From Candidatus Spyradocola merdavium (GTDB lineage: Bacteria; Bacillota; Clostridia; Christensenellales; UBA1750), in contig DVIM01000040.1 in the NCBI GenBank assembly GCA_018711265.1, positions 1-56,946 of the forward strand: 56,946 nucleotides of DNA. The letters run 5' to 3'. A program made the translations under genes and the position numbers. Shown here one piece after another: positions 16,142 through 26,000 of the stretch. Each line of letters starts with the position of its first letter. Position 1 is the stretch's first letter. The notes beneath the pieces were generated by a model. It had not been told where the DNA came from. It did no database searches and saw only the letters and a program-made list of their open reading frames with translations.

Positions 16142-17574
16142 AGCCCGAGCGACTCCTGGGCAAAGCGCGCAAAGTCCTGCTGGACGAGGCGGAGCGCGCC
16201 GCCGCGCAGGTCGAGCACGCTCGTGCAGAGCCTGCGCAGCAGGTAGAGGTCGTGCGAGGCGATCAGGAGCGTGCCGTTGTAGCTGGCCAGCGTCTCCTCC
16301 AGCTGCTCGCGCGCGGGCAGGTCCAGGTGGTTCGTTGGCTCGTCCAGCAGCAGGAAGTCCTCCTGGCGCAGGATGGCCATGGCGAGCTTGCACTTCATCT
16401 GCTCGCCAAAGGAGAGGGCGCGCGCGGGCTGCGCGAGCTGGCGGGACGTGAGCCCCAGGTTGTTGAGCAGCCTGCGCTCCGCGCCGCCGACCGTCCCCAG
16501 CTCCGCCTGGAGCAGGGCGAGCACGGTCTGCTCCGTATCGGTGAAGGCGAAGTCCTGCCGGATCAGGCAGGGCCGCGCGCTGGGCGAGACCCAGAGCTCG
16601 CCCTCGAAGGACTCCTCGCCGGCGATCATGCGCAGCAGCGTGGTCTTTCCCGCGCCGTTTTCGCCAAAGAGCGCCACGCGGTCCCCGCCGCGCAGGGCAA
16701 AGGACGCGCCGGTGAACAGCGCGTGCGCGCCAAAGCGCTTGCCAAGGTCCTTCGCCTCGAGGATGCGGCGGCTGTGCGCGCTCTGGCCCTCGATTTCGAA
16801 GCGCACGCGGCGCTCGGCCTTGGGGCGCTCGGGCGCGGCCTCGCGCATCCGCTCCAGGCGGCGGATGTCGTTTTTGACCTTTTTGTCCATCTTTTTGGCG
16901 CTGGCGCGCCGCTTTTCCTTTTCGCCCATCTTCAGGCCGCTGGAGGGCGCCTCCGTGGACTTGCGGTGCGCGGTCTGGGCGCGCTGGCGCAGGGCGGCGA
17001 TGTCCTCCTCGAGCGCGCGCTGGCGCCGCTGCCCGACCTCGTACTGGTGGAGCTGTTCCGCGTAGCGCTGCGCCTTCTGCGCGCGGTAGTCGGAGTAGCC
17101 GCCCGCGTATTCCGTGAGGCGGCCGTCCGCAAGCTCCAGGATGCGGTCCGCGACGGCGTCCAGGAAGTAGCGGTCGTGGGAGACGACGAGCGTCGCGGCG
17201 CGCAGCGCTTGCAGGCGCTGCAGGAGGTAGGCGATGTTGCGCGCGTCCAGGTGATTGGTCGGCTCGTCCAGGAGGAGCAGGCCCGGCTGCTGGGCGAGGA
17301 CCGCGTCCAGCGCCGCGCGCGTGCGCTCGCCGCCGGAGAGCGCGTCCGCGGCCCGCTGCTCCTGGCGCAGGAAGCCCAGCGCGCAGGTCGTGCGCACAAG
17401 GCCGGAGTCCGGCAGGAGCTCGCCGGCGATCAGGCGCAAGAGCGTGGTCTTGCCCGCGCCGTTCGGGCCCACAAGGCCCACGCATTCGCCGGTTTCCAGG
17501 GAAAAGGAGAGATTGTCCAGCAGGGTTCTGTCGCCCAGCGACAGGGTGAGGCTGCGAACGAGAAGCAGCGGCAT
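16138..17574 (-). CDS. ABC-F family ATPase (two NBDs, no TMD), compact ARE-like architecture
   Basis: 478 aa from MPLLLVRSL. NBD1 has GPNGAGKTT / LSGGERTR / LLLLDEPTNHLD. A basic coiled linker follows (..KEKRRASAKKMDKKVKNDIRRLERM..). NBD2 has GENGAGKTT / LSFGEQMK / FLLLDEPTNHLD. Confidence 0.85.
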   Translation of the reverse strand: MPLLLVRSLTLSLGDRTLLDNLSFSLETGECVGLVGPNGAGKTTLLRLIAGELLPDSGLVRTTCALGFLRQEQRAADALSGGERTRAALDAVLAQQPGLLLLDEPTNHLDARNIAYLLQRLQALRAATLVVSHDRYFLDAVADRILELADGRLTEYAGGYSDYRAQKAQRYAEQLHQYEVGQRRQRALEEDIAALRQRAQTAHRKSTEAPSSGLKMGEKEKRRASAKKMDKKVKNDIRRLERMREAAPERPKAERRVRFEIEGQSAHSRRILEAKDLGKRFGAHALFTGASFALRGGDRVALFGENGAGKTTLLRMIAGEESFEGELWVSPSARPCLIRQDFAFTDTEQTVLALLQAELGTVGGAERRLLNNLGLTSRQLAQPARALSFGEQMKCKLAMAILRQEDFLLLDEPTNHLDLPAREQLEETLASYNGTLLIASHDLYLLRRLCTSVLDLRGGALRLVQQDFARFAQESLGL

Positions 17575-17586
17575 GTGCATTCCCCC

Positions 17587-17619
17587 AAAATACAAAACGT
17601 CCCCGCGCAGGCGGGGACG
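17587..17619 (-). terminator. Hairpin plus U-run immediately upstream of the ABC-F RBS (terminator/attenuator)
   Basis: - strand: CGTCCCCGC ctgc GCGGGGACG TTTTGTATTTT, then GGGGGA RBS and ATG. Confidence 0.65.
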
Positions 17620-17822
17620 GAGAATTCAGCCGCAAAGGGCGCAAAGGCGCGCAAAAAAACAGGCGGGCAAAATCCTTCCGCACACCCCATTCTGCGCGCA
17701 GGCAAAGCAGGCCCCTTTTCGCGAAAAAAGGGAACGCTTCACCCAGGTTCAGAAATGAGTGCGTCGGTTAGATCTTCCTCATGCCTGTCCTATGCCCTCC
17801 TCACTTGGGAATCTTCCACCTC

Positions 17823-17851
17823 AGGATACAATGCGCGGCGCGCGCTGTCAA
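17823..17851 (-). promoter_or_regulatory. Candidate promoter of the ABC-F leader
   Basis: - strand: TTGACA, 17-nt spacer, TATCCT. This would give a ~240-nt leader. Confidence 0.4.
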
Positions 17852-18111
17852 GAGGCAATTTCGCAGCCCGCATCCTCCAGCGCACGAAGGGCGGCTGTCA
17901 GGCGGGAGAGGATGCCGATCAGGGAGAAGTCCAGCACGCCCTCGACGCGGAGCGCGCGCCAGGGCGTCTGCGGGCGCCTTCGCGCTCTCGCACACGAGGG
18001 AGAGTTCCTCGTCCGTCCGGATTCGTCCACGCCGGAGGCAGAAGCGATGCGGCAGACGGAATACGCCTCCGGAAAGACGCGCAGGCGAAGCGCGGCAGGG
18101 GAAGAAGCCAT
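17848..18111 (-). pseudogene. Decayed ACT-domain (ACT_7-like) gene remnant
   Basis: Frame A reads MASSPAALRLRVFPEAYSVCRI.. and ..WRALRVEGVLDFSLIGILSRLTAAL. The expected middle segment IRTDEELSLVCESAKAPADAL is in another frame. The usual ..ISIFAISTxDTDYILV.. segment is missing before ..LEDAGCEI. Confidence 0.45.
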
Positions 18112-18141
18112 GGAATCCCTCCTGTTTTCAGGCGTTTTGCG

Positions 18142-18171
18142 CAAACGAAAAGGCGGCGCAGCGCGCCGCCT
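18142..18171 (-). terminator. Rho-independent terminator of DUF1292 gene
   Basis: - strand: AGGCGGCGC gct GCGCCGCCT TTTCGTTTG, directly after the stop at 18188. Confidence 0.6.
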
Positions 18172-18187
18172 GTCGGTCGGTGAAAAA

Positions 18188-18541
18188 TCAGATTTCCTCG
18201 TCGGGATCGTCGCCGACTTCTTCGCCGTCGAAGCGGCGCTGCACGATGGCGATGAGCTTTTCCATCAGGCTGTCGTCCTCGATGGGCACAAACTCTTCCA
18301 TGTCGTCGTCCATCTGGACGATCTTCATGATGTAGACTTCCTGATCTGCGCAGCCCTCGCAAGCCTCGTCGTCGCAGGTCTCCTCGTCGTGGGCGCACTC
18401 CTCGCAGCCGCACTCCGCGTCCTCCGCATCGGACAACACGGCGTATTCCTGGCCGTTGTAGAAGAAGTAGTCCATGACCTCCAGTTCAAAGTCGTTGCCT
18501 TCGTCGTCGGTGAAGACGACAATATCGCGCTCGTCCTGCAT
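18188..18541 (-). CDS. DUF1292 family acidic protein with Cys-rich insertion
   Basis: 117 aa from MQDERDIVVFTDDEGNDFELEVMDYFFYNGQEYAVL.. ..MEEFVPIEDDSLMEKL.. (DUF1292 pattern). The track ORF extends spuriously upstream to 19111. Confidence 0.8.
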   Translation of the reverse strand: MQDERDIVVFTDDEGNDFELEVMDYFFYNGQEYAVLSDAEDAECGCEECAHDEETCDDEACEGCADQEVYIMKIVQMDDDMEEFVPIEDDSLMEKLIAIVQRRFDGEEVGDDPDEEI

Positions 18542-18574
18542 GGGTTTGCACCTCGCTTCCGTATTTCCACGCCT

Positions 18575-18603
18575 ATTGTACCCCAAATGCAGAAAAGGTG
18601 CAA
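18575..18603 (-). promoter_or_regulatory. Candidate promoter of DUF1292 gene
   Basis: - strand: TTGCAC, 17-nt spacer, TACAAT. Confidence 0.5.
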
Positions 18604-18633
18604 GCGGAATCTTGGAAACGGAGCGAGAAGCTT

Positions 18634-19007
18634 TTATTTTTTTTGCGCAAAGTCCAGGGCCTGGCATACCCAGGAAAAGAGCTCTGCGTCCAGGTCCTCC
18701 CGGCGGGAGAGGACGATGTGATGCGTCCACCTTCCGGGATAGGCCTCGGTCCTTGCCGCGACGCGGGGGGAGAGGAGCGGCGCGGACAGCCCCAGGGTCA
18801 GCACGAAGGAAGCGGGCGGCAGCTTGGCCTTGGGCAGGACGCGCAGGCAAAGACGCGCCCGCACAAGAGCGAGATCTGCGTCTTGCAGACCTTCTCCTGG
18901 ACCGCGGGGCAAATCCTGCGCACGCCGCAGAGAAACTCCGCGTAGAGCGGCAGCGCCTCCAGGTGGGAGTCGAAAAAGAGCGCGGTTCGGGGGTCGAGTT
19001 CCGGCAT
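18634..19007 (-). pseudogene. Frameshifted DUF5655-like gene
   Basis: The N-terminal part MPELDPRTALFFDSHLEALPLYAEFL..KTQISLLCGRVFA is in one frame. The C-terminal part ..LRVLPKAKLPPASFVLTLGL..PGRWTHHIVLSRREDLDAELFSWVCQALDFAQKK is in another. One indel near 18840-18860 joins them. Confidence 0.5.
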
Positions 19008-19128
19008 GTGCATCCCTCCTCCAAGAAGAGTATAGAGCGCGGGGCGGACTTTGGGAAGGGTCCTTCGCTTTCTTTTTGCGCGAAAATCGTGTATAATGGA
19101 CGAAAATGCATTTGGGGGAGAGGAAGCC

Positions 19129-19641
19129 ATGGTAACGGGAAAGTTCATACGCGGAAACGACGACCTGCGCGAGGTGGAGGACGTGCGCATGCGCGTCTTT
19201 GTGGAGGAGCAGGGCTTCCGCGCGGCGGAGGAAATGGACGCCTACGACGCGCGCGCGATCCACTGCCTGCTCTACGACGGCGAGGGGAAACCCGCGGCGA
19301 CCGGACGCCTCTACATCGACGACGACGGCTATTGGCGCATCGGCCGCGTGGCGGTCGCGCGGGAGCGCAGGGGCCAGCAGATGGGCGACCTTGTGATGCG
19401 CATGCTGCTGGACAAGGCCCTGGGTGCGGGGGCAAAGCGCTTCCGCCTCCTGGCGCAGCGGCAGGCGGAGGGGTTCTACAGCCGCTACGGCTTCACCCCC
19501 TACGGTGAGGAGGTCCTGGATCAGGGCGTGCCCCACATCGAGATGGAGGCCACGGACGTCTCCATCCTGCGGGCGGTCTTTTCCGGGTGCCGCGGCGAGG
19601 AGATGCTCCGCCGCGAACAGGAAGGCAAGAAAGAGGAGTAA
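19129..19641 (+). CDS. GNAT family N-acetyltransferase
   Basis: 170 aa from MVTGKFIRG. RIGRVAVARERRGQQMGDLVMRMLL..AEGFYSRYGF is the acetyl-CoA binding core. Confidence 0.8.
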   Translation: MVTGKFIRGNDDLREVEDVRMRVFVEEQGFRAAEEMDAYDARAIHCLLYDGEGKPAATGRLYIDDDGYWRIGRVAVARERRGQQMGDLVMRMLLDKALGAGAKRFRLLAQRQAEGFYSRYGFTPYGEEVLDQGVPHIEMEATDVSILRAVFSGCRGEEMLRREQEGKKEE

Positions 19642-19647
19642 ACCGGC

Positions 19648-22600
19648 ATGGGTGTCATCGGCATTGCGGGGCGCGAAGGCTCCGGCAAGACGCGCGCGTG
19701 CGTGGAGGAGATCCGCGCCCTGCTGCGCCGGGGGGAGCGCGCGCTCTACCTGGTCCCCGAGCAGGACACGGTGGAGGCGGAGCTCTTCCTTTCGCGGGAG
19801 CTGAACTTGGACGTGCTCTGGAACCTGGAGGTGCTCTCGCCCACTCGCCTTGCGCAGCGCATCCGCGGCGAGGCGGGCGGCAGCGCGCGCGTCCTGCTCA
19901 CGGACGCGGGCCGCGCCATGGCCCTCAAGGGCGCGCTGCTCTCGCTGCGCGGGAGCCTGCGCTACTTTTCCCAGGGCAGCCAGGGCGCGGCCGACCAGAT
20001 CGGCGATCTGCTGGCCGAGCTCAAGAGCGGGGAGAACGACCCCACCCTCCTGCGCGTGGCCGCGGACCGCATGCCCGCGGGCAGCGCGCTGGCGCAGAAG
20101 GTCTACGACCTGGTCGCCCTGTACGAGGCGTATGAGGACCGGCTCGCCGGGCGGTACCTGGACGGCGAGGACGCCCTGCGCCGCAGCGCGGAGCTCGCCG
20201 GCGCGTGCGGGAGCCTTGCGGACCTGACGGTCTTTGCAGACGGGTTCGACGTGTTGCCGCGGACCACGCTGCGGCTGCTGGCCGCGCTGGGCGCAAAGTG
20301 CCGCGCGGTGTACGTGACAAGCGCCCTCAGCGCGCCCGAGGCGCCGGACAGCGCGCTCTTTGCGCCCGCAAGGGACGCGATGCACACGCTCGCCCGCATG
20401 TGCGAGGAGGCGGGCGTGCGCTTTTCCCTGCGGACGCTGCCGGACCGCGCGCTGCCGAACCCGGAGATCGAGCACCTGGCAAAGAACCTGTACGCGGACC
20501 GGCCCCGCCGCTTTGCGGGCGCGCCCCGGCGCGTGCAGGCCGTGCAGGCGCGCGATCCCTACATGGAGGCCGAGCGCGCCGCGGGCTATCTGTTTGAAAA
20601 GTGCCGCCTGGAGGGCTGGCGCTACCGGGACATGGCCATCGTCTGCGCGGACATGGGCGTATACGGCCAGCGGGTCCGCCAGGCGCTCGAGCGGCGGGGG
20701 ATGCGCGCCTATATCGACCAGCAGCCCGCGGCCGCGGACCATCCGGCGGCGCAGTACCTGCTGGCGGCGCTGGCGGGCGCGGCGCGCTACTACCGGCAGG
20801 AGGACATGCTGCGCGCGCTCAAGAGCGGGTACGCGGGCGTGACCGCGCGCGAGGCGGACCGCCTGGAGCTCTACGCCATGGAGCGCGGCCTGGAGGGGCG
20901 CCTGTGGGAAGTGCCCATCGAGGAAAACGACGCCCAGGCGCGCGAGGAGGACGGCGCGCCCCTGCGCTCCCTGGAGGAGATCCGCGCGCGCTTTGTCGGG
21001 CCGATCCGCGCCTTCCGGGAGGGGGGCTTGACGCGGAGCGTGCGCGGCTTCTGCGAGGGCGTGGTGCGGCTGATGGAGGAGGACGACATCGCCGGCCAGC
21101 TCGCCAAGGACCACGCCCGCTGCGCGCAGGAGGGGGACGTGACGCGCATGCAGGTCGTGCGGCAGGCGCAGTCCGCCATCAACCGCGTGCTCGACCAGGC
21201 GGTGGAGCTCTGCGGCGGGGAGCAGATGCGCCTGGAGGACTTTGCGCGCCTGCTGCGCGCGGGGCTTGCGGCCATCTCCATCGGGTCCATCCCCATGTCC
21301 CCGGACGCGGTCTACGTCGGCGAGATCGCGCGCTTTTCCCGGCGGGAGGTGAAGATCCTCTACGTCCTGGGGACGAACGCGGACAGCATCCCCGCCCGGC
21401 GGCAGGATGGCGGAACCTTGCAGGAGGACGAGCGCGCGGAGCTGCTGCGCGCCGCGCGGGAGGCGGGCGTGCAGATCCGCCTCAGCCGCCTGAGCGACCG
21501 CGCGGCCATCGAGCGCATGGCGCTCTACCGCGCCTTCCTCGCGCCGAAGGAGGAGCTCGTCCTCTCCTATGCGGCGGTGGACGCGCGCGGCGCGGCCCTG
21601 CGCAAGAGCCCGCTGCTGCTGCGGCTGGAGGGGCGCGTCTTTCCGCAGATGCGGGAGGCGTGCGGCCTGCTGGGCGACCGCTACGTCTACGCCGGGGCGC
21701 GCCAGTCCATGCGGGAGGCGCTCCTGGCGGGGCTGCGCGCGTACCTGGGCGGCGCGCGCCTGACGCCGGAGCTGCTGGGCCTGGCCGGCGCCCTGCGCGA
21801 GAGCGCGCCCGCGGAGTACGAGCAGACGCTGCGCAGCGCGATCGAGGGCCGGCGGGAGCCGGCGCTGGACGCCGAAACCGCGCACGACCTCTACCTGCGC
21901 GCGCAGAAGAATGCGCGCTACGGCGTGGAGGGGATGATCGCGAGCATCTCGCAGCTGGAATCCTTTGCGCTCTGCCCGTTTGCGCACTTTGTGGGCTACG
22001 GCCTGCGCCCGCGCGAGCTGAAGGAGCCGCGCATGGACGCCCGCGAGCGCGGGACCCTCGAGCACCGCGCGATCGAGGACTTTGCCGGGCGGCTCTACGC
22101 CCGCCAGGACGAGGTCGGGGACGAGGAGGCCGAGCGCCTCATGCGCGAGGTGCTCGAGCCCCTCTTCGAGGAGGAGAGCGCGCACCGGCGCGAGGGCGGC
22201 CTGAGCCGGGCCAACCACCAGGAGATCCGCCGGGCCATGGGCCGCATGAGCCGCCTGATGGCGCTGCAAAAGCGGCTGAGCCGCTTCCGCGTCAGCGCGG
22301 AGGAGCTGGCCTTCACCCCGGCGGACACCGCGCCCCTGTCGCTGCCCAGCGGGGAGCGCGTCTACCTGGAGGGCAAGATCGACCGCGTGGACGTGCTGAA
22401 CCTGCACAGCGACCTCTATGCCCGGGTCATCGACTACAAGACGGGAAACACCGCCCTGGGGCTGGACGACGTCTACTTCGGCCTGCGGCTGCAGCTCTTC
22501 CTGTACCTGGACGCGGTGCTCGCCCTGCGCGGCGCCAAGCCCGCGGGCGTGTTCTACCAGAAGCTCTCCGAGGCGCCGATGCGCCTGGCCGGCGGGCGCA

Positions 22601-23043
22601 TCGACGAAAAGCTCGCCGCGCGCCAGCGGAAGAAGCTGCGCCTGACCGGCTTCATCCTCGAGGACCCGGACGTCATCGAGCAGATGTGCGTGGACCCGGA
22701 GATCATGGACCAGGTGCTGCCCGTGGAGCCCAGGACCAAGGGCGGCCGCGCCCTGCCCGGGGAGTTCACCGAGCGCAGCCGCAGCCGGATGCTCTCGGAG
22801 GAGGCGTTCGGCCTGCTGCGCCGGCACACGCGCAGGAAGCTGGCGGAGCTGGCCGGCGACGCGCTCGCGGGGAAGGCGGCGGTCTCCCCGGCGCTGACGC
22901 AGGACCTGGACGCCTGCAAGTACTGCCGGTTCCGGAGCATCTGCGGCTTTGACGAGAGCCTGCCCGGCTGCGAGCGCCGCAATTTACAGATGGACAGCGA
23001 AGAGGTGCTGCAACGAATGCGCAAGGAGGACGAAAATGCCTGA
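19648..23043 (+). CDS. addB: Helicase-exonuclease AddAB, subunit B
   Basis: 1131-aa ORF with N-terminal GREGSGKT P-loop and a C-terminal RecB-type nuclease with an Fe-S Cys cluster (..FALCPFAHF.. and ..CKYCRFRSIC). Directly precedes addA. Confidence 0.9.
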   Translation: MGVIGIAGREGSGKTRACVEEIRALLRRGERALYLVPEQDTVEAELFLSRELNLDVLWNLEVLSPTRLAQRIRGEAGGSARVLLTDAGRAMALKGALLSLRGSLRYFSQGSQGAADQIGDLLAELKSGENDPTLLRVAADRMPAGSALAQKVYDLVALYEAYEDRLAGRYLDGEDALRRSAELAGACGSLADLTVFADGFDVLPRTTLRLLAALGAKCRAVYVTSALSAPEAPDSALFAPARDAMHTLARMCEEAGVRFSLRTLPDRALPNPEIEHLAKNLYADRPRRFAGAPRRVQAVQARDPYMEAERAAGYLFEKCRLEGWRYRDMAIVCADMGVYGQRVRQALERRGMRAYIDQQPAAADHPAAQYLLAALAGAARYYRQEDMLRALKSGYAGVTAREADRLELYAMERGLEGRLWEVPIEENDAQAREEDGAPLRSLEEIRARFVGPIRAFREGGLTRSVRGFCEGVVRLMEEDDIAGQLAKDHARCAQEGDVTRMQVVRQAQSAINRVLDQAVELCGGEQMRLEDFARLLRAGLAAISIGSIPMSPDAVYVGEIARFSRREVKILYVLGTNADSIPARRQDGGTLQEDERAELLRAAREAGVQIRLSRLSDRAAIERMALYRAFLAPKEELVLSYAAVDARGAALRKSPLLLRLEGRVFPQMREACGLLGDRYVYAGARQSMREALLAGLRAYLGGARLTPELLGLAGALRESAPAEYEQTLRSAIEGRREPALDAETAHDLYLRAQKNARYGVEGMIASISQLESFALCPFAHFVGYGLRPRELKEPRMDARERGTLEHRAIEDFAGRLYARQDEVGDEEAERLMREVLEPLFEEESAHRREGGLSRANHQEIRRAMGRMSRLMALQKRLSRFRVSAEELAFTPADTAPLSLPSGERVYLEGKIDRVDVLNLHSDLYARVIDYKTGNTALGLDDVYFGLRLQLFLYLDAVLALRGAKPAGVFYQKLSEAPMRLAGGRIDEKLAARQRKKLRLTGFILEDPDVIEQMCVDPEIMDQVLPVEPRTKGGRALPGEFTERSRSRMLSEEAFGLLRRHTRRKLAELAGDALAGKAAVSPALTQDLDACKYCRFRSICGFDESLPGCERRNLQMDSEEVLQRMRKEDENA

Positions 23044-26000
23044 GTTTACGCCGGAGCAAGCGCGCGTCATCGCGCATGAGAGGGGAAACCTGCTCGTCAG
23101 CGCCGCCGCGGGGTCGGGCAAGACCGCGGTGCTCGTCGAGCGCATCCTGCACCTGGTGCGCGGCGGGGCGGACATCGCCTCGTTCCTGGTGGTGACGTTC
23201 ACGCGCGCGGCCGCGGACGAGCTGCGCGAGCGCCTGCTCCTCCGCCTGGAGAAGGAGGCGGAGGAAAACCCGGACCTGCGCGCCCAGCTCGACCGCGTGC
23301 CCCTGGCCTCCATCTCCACGATCCACGCCTTCTGCCGCACGCTGCTCACCCGCTACAGCGAAAAGGCGGGCGTGGAGCCGAACCTGCGCGTCTGCTCGGA
23401 GGCGGAGCGCGTCATCTTCCAGATGCGCGCCATGGACGACGTGCTCGACGAGGCCTATTCGGACGAGGCCATGCTCGCCCGGCTGGAGCGCATGGGCGGC
23501 GTCCAGCAGGTCCGCCTCAACGTCGAGAGCCTGTACCGCTTCCTGCTCTGCCAGGTGGAGCCCATGGCCTGGCTGCGCGAAAAGGAGGACGCCTACGAGC
23601 GCGACGCCCGCGACCCGGCGCGCGCGCCGTGGATGGAGGCGGCGCGCGCAGAGGGCGCGCGCGCCCTTGCCCAGGTGCAGCGGCAGATGGAGGCCGCCCT
23701 GCGCTTTGCGGCGGAGTCCCTGAGCGAGGACTGCCGGAAGATGGCTGGCCTCGTCCAGGGGGACCTTTCCGACCTTGCGCAGGTGCAAAAGGGCGAGAAG
23801 ACGGACATCCAATTTGCCACCTTCCGCTCGCCCAACCGCAGAAAGGCCGACGACAGCGAGGACCTGAACCGCCTGCGCGCCCTGCGCGACGCCTACAAGG
23901 CGGCCTTTGCCGACGCGAAGGCCGCCTGCCCCGCGCTGGACGACTGGGAGGCCGAAAAGCTGCAGGACATGGCCGACGCCGTGCACGCCCTGGCCGAGAT
24001 CACGCGCCGCTTCCACGCGGCGTACGGCCGGCTCAAGGCGGAGATGGGCGTTGTGGACTACAACGACCTGGAGCAGATGGCCCTGCGCCTGACGGAGGAC
24101 GAGAGCGTCTGCGAGGACCTGCGCCTGCGCTACAGCCAGATCTTCGTGGACGAATTCCAGGACTCCAGCGCCGTGCAGGAGGTGCTCCTGCGCCGCATCG
24201 CGCGCGGGGACAACACCTTCCACGTCGGGGACGTCAAGCAGTCCATCTACGGCTTCCGCCAGTCGGACCCGGGGCTGTTCCTCGCGGAGCAGGACGCCTA
24301 CGGGCGGGGCGAGGGCGGGGCGCTCATCGCGCTCAACCGCAACTTCCGCTCCCTGCCCAACGTCCTGCACTGCACAAACCGCGTCTTTTCCCGGTGCATG
24401 ACGCGCGAGCGCGCGGGCATGGACTACGACGCGGACGCCGCGCTCTACCCCGGCCGCACGGCCGAGGGGGCGGGCGAGCCGGCGCTCGTGCAGCTTATCG
24501 ACAGAAAGGGCCTGGACGAAGAGGGCGAGGGCAGCGTGCGCACGGAGGCGGAGGCCGTCGCGCGCCTGGTGCGCCGGCTGCTGGGCACGCCCGTCTCCGA
24601 CGGAAAGGGCGGCACGCGCCCGGCCCGCTACGGCGACATCGTGGTGCTGCGGCGCGCGGTGTCCTCGGCGCTGCCGCAGTACATGGAGTGCTTTGCGCGC
24701 ATGGGGATTCCCGCCTACGCCGGCGGGGGCGGCAGCTTCTACGAGACGCTGGAGATCCGCGAGGCGCTGGACTGCCTGTGGGCCGTGCACAATCCCCTGG
24801 AAGACGTCCACCTGCTCGGCGCGCTGCACGGGGCCGGCCGGTTCACCGCGCAGGAGCTGGCGCGCATCCGCCTCAAGGGCCGGGGAAAGAAGGGCGAGGG
24901 CGAGGGCAAGCGCGTCTGGACCGACCTGATCGCCTACCGGAACGACCCGGACGACGCGGCCCTCGGGGAAAAGGTCGCGCGCTTCCTCGATGAGATCGCG
25001 CGGCTCCGGCGCGTGGCGCGGGAGGAGAAGCTCGCCGTGCTCTGCGCCGCCGTGCTGGAGGAGACGGGCCTGCTCGAGCGCTTTGCCGCCCTGCCGCGCG
25101 GCCAGGCGCGCGTGGGCAACCTGCGCTCCCTGCCCGTGCGCGCCGCGGAATACGACGAGGCCGGGCTGCGCCTGGGCGACTTCCTGCGCCGCATCGAGTC
25201 CACCGCGGGCCGCAACCGCGAGGAGGACGTGCCCCCCTTCTCCGAGAACGACGACGTGGTGCGCATCATGACCGTCCACAAGTCCAAGGGCCTGCAGTTC
25301 CCCATCGTCATCGGGGCGGGGCTGGGCGCGCGCTTCCGGTTCTCCAACGACCAGGGCGCGGACGGCTACCTCACCAGCCGCGTCTACTGCCACCGGGACT
25401 TGGGCCTTGCGCTGGAGTTCTACGATCCCGTCAGCGCGGCGGGGGACGGCACGCTCATGACGCGCACGATCGCGGCCTGCAAGCGGCGGGAGAGCCTCGC
25501 CGAGGAGATGCGCATCCTCTACGTGCTCATGACGCGCGCGCAGGACCGCCTGGCGCTCGTGGGCGAGGTCTCCGGCCTGGAAAAGCACCTGCACGCCTGG
25601 GCGCAGGGCGCGCAGGACCCCGCCTGCCCGCTGGACTTCCTGATGCCCGCGCTCCTGACGCATCCGGATGCCCGCGCCCTGTGCGAGGCGCACGGCCTGA
25701 CCCCGGGCCGGGAGGCGGACGCCTCCCGGTGGGAGATCGCCTGGACGCTGCGCGCGCAGGAGGCCGAGGCGCCGGAGGACGGCGAGATGGACCTGCAGGC
25801 CCTGCTCGACGCCGCGCCGGACGCGGAGATCCTGCGCCAGCTGATGTACGTCTACCCCCATCCCGAGCCCGCCGTGCGGCAGAAGCAGTCCGTCACGGAG
25901 CTCGCGCACGGGGAGGAGACGTTCTTTGTGCGGGAGAGGCCGGCCTTCCTCTCGCGGGAGAAGCGGCTCACGGGCGCCGCGCGCGGCTCGGCGCTGCACC

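Noticed and set aside
17700-17790. Mini-uORFs in the ABC-F leader (GTG-AGG-AGG-GCA-TAG and ATG-AGG-AAG-ATC-TAA, i.e. MRKI) as attenuation leader peptides.
   Set aside because: They are plausible in principle, but the peptides are 4 aa and the RBS spacing is about 12 nt. I cannot show alternative antiterminator pairing by eye, so they are mentioned only as something to test, not called as features.
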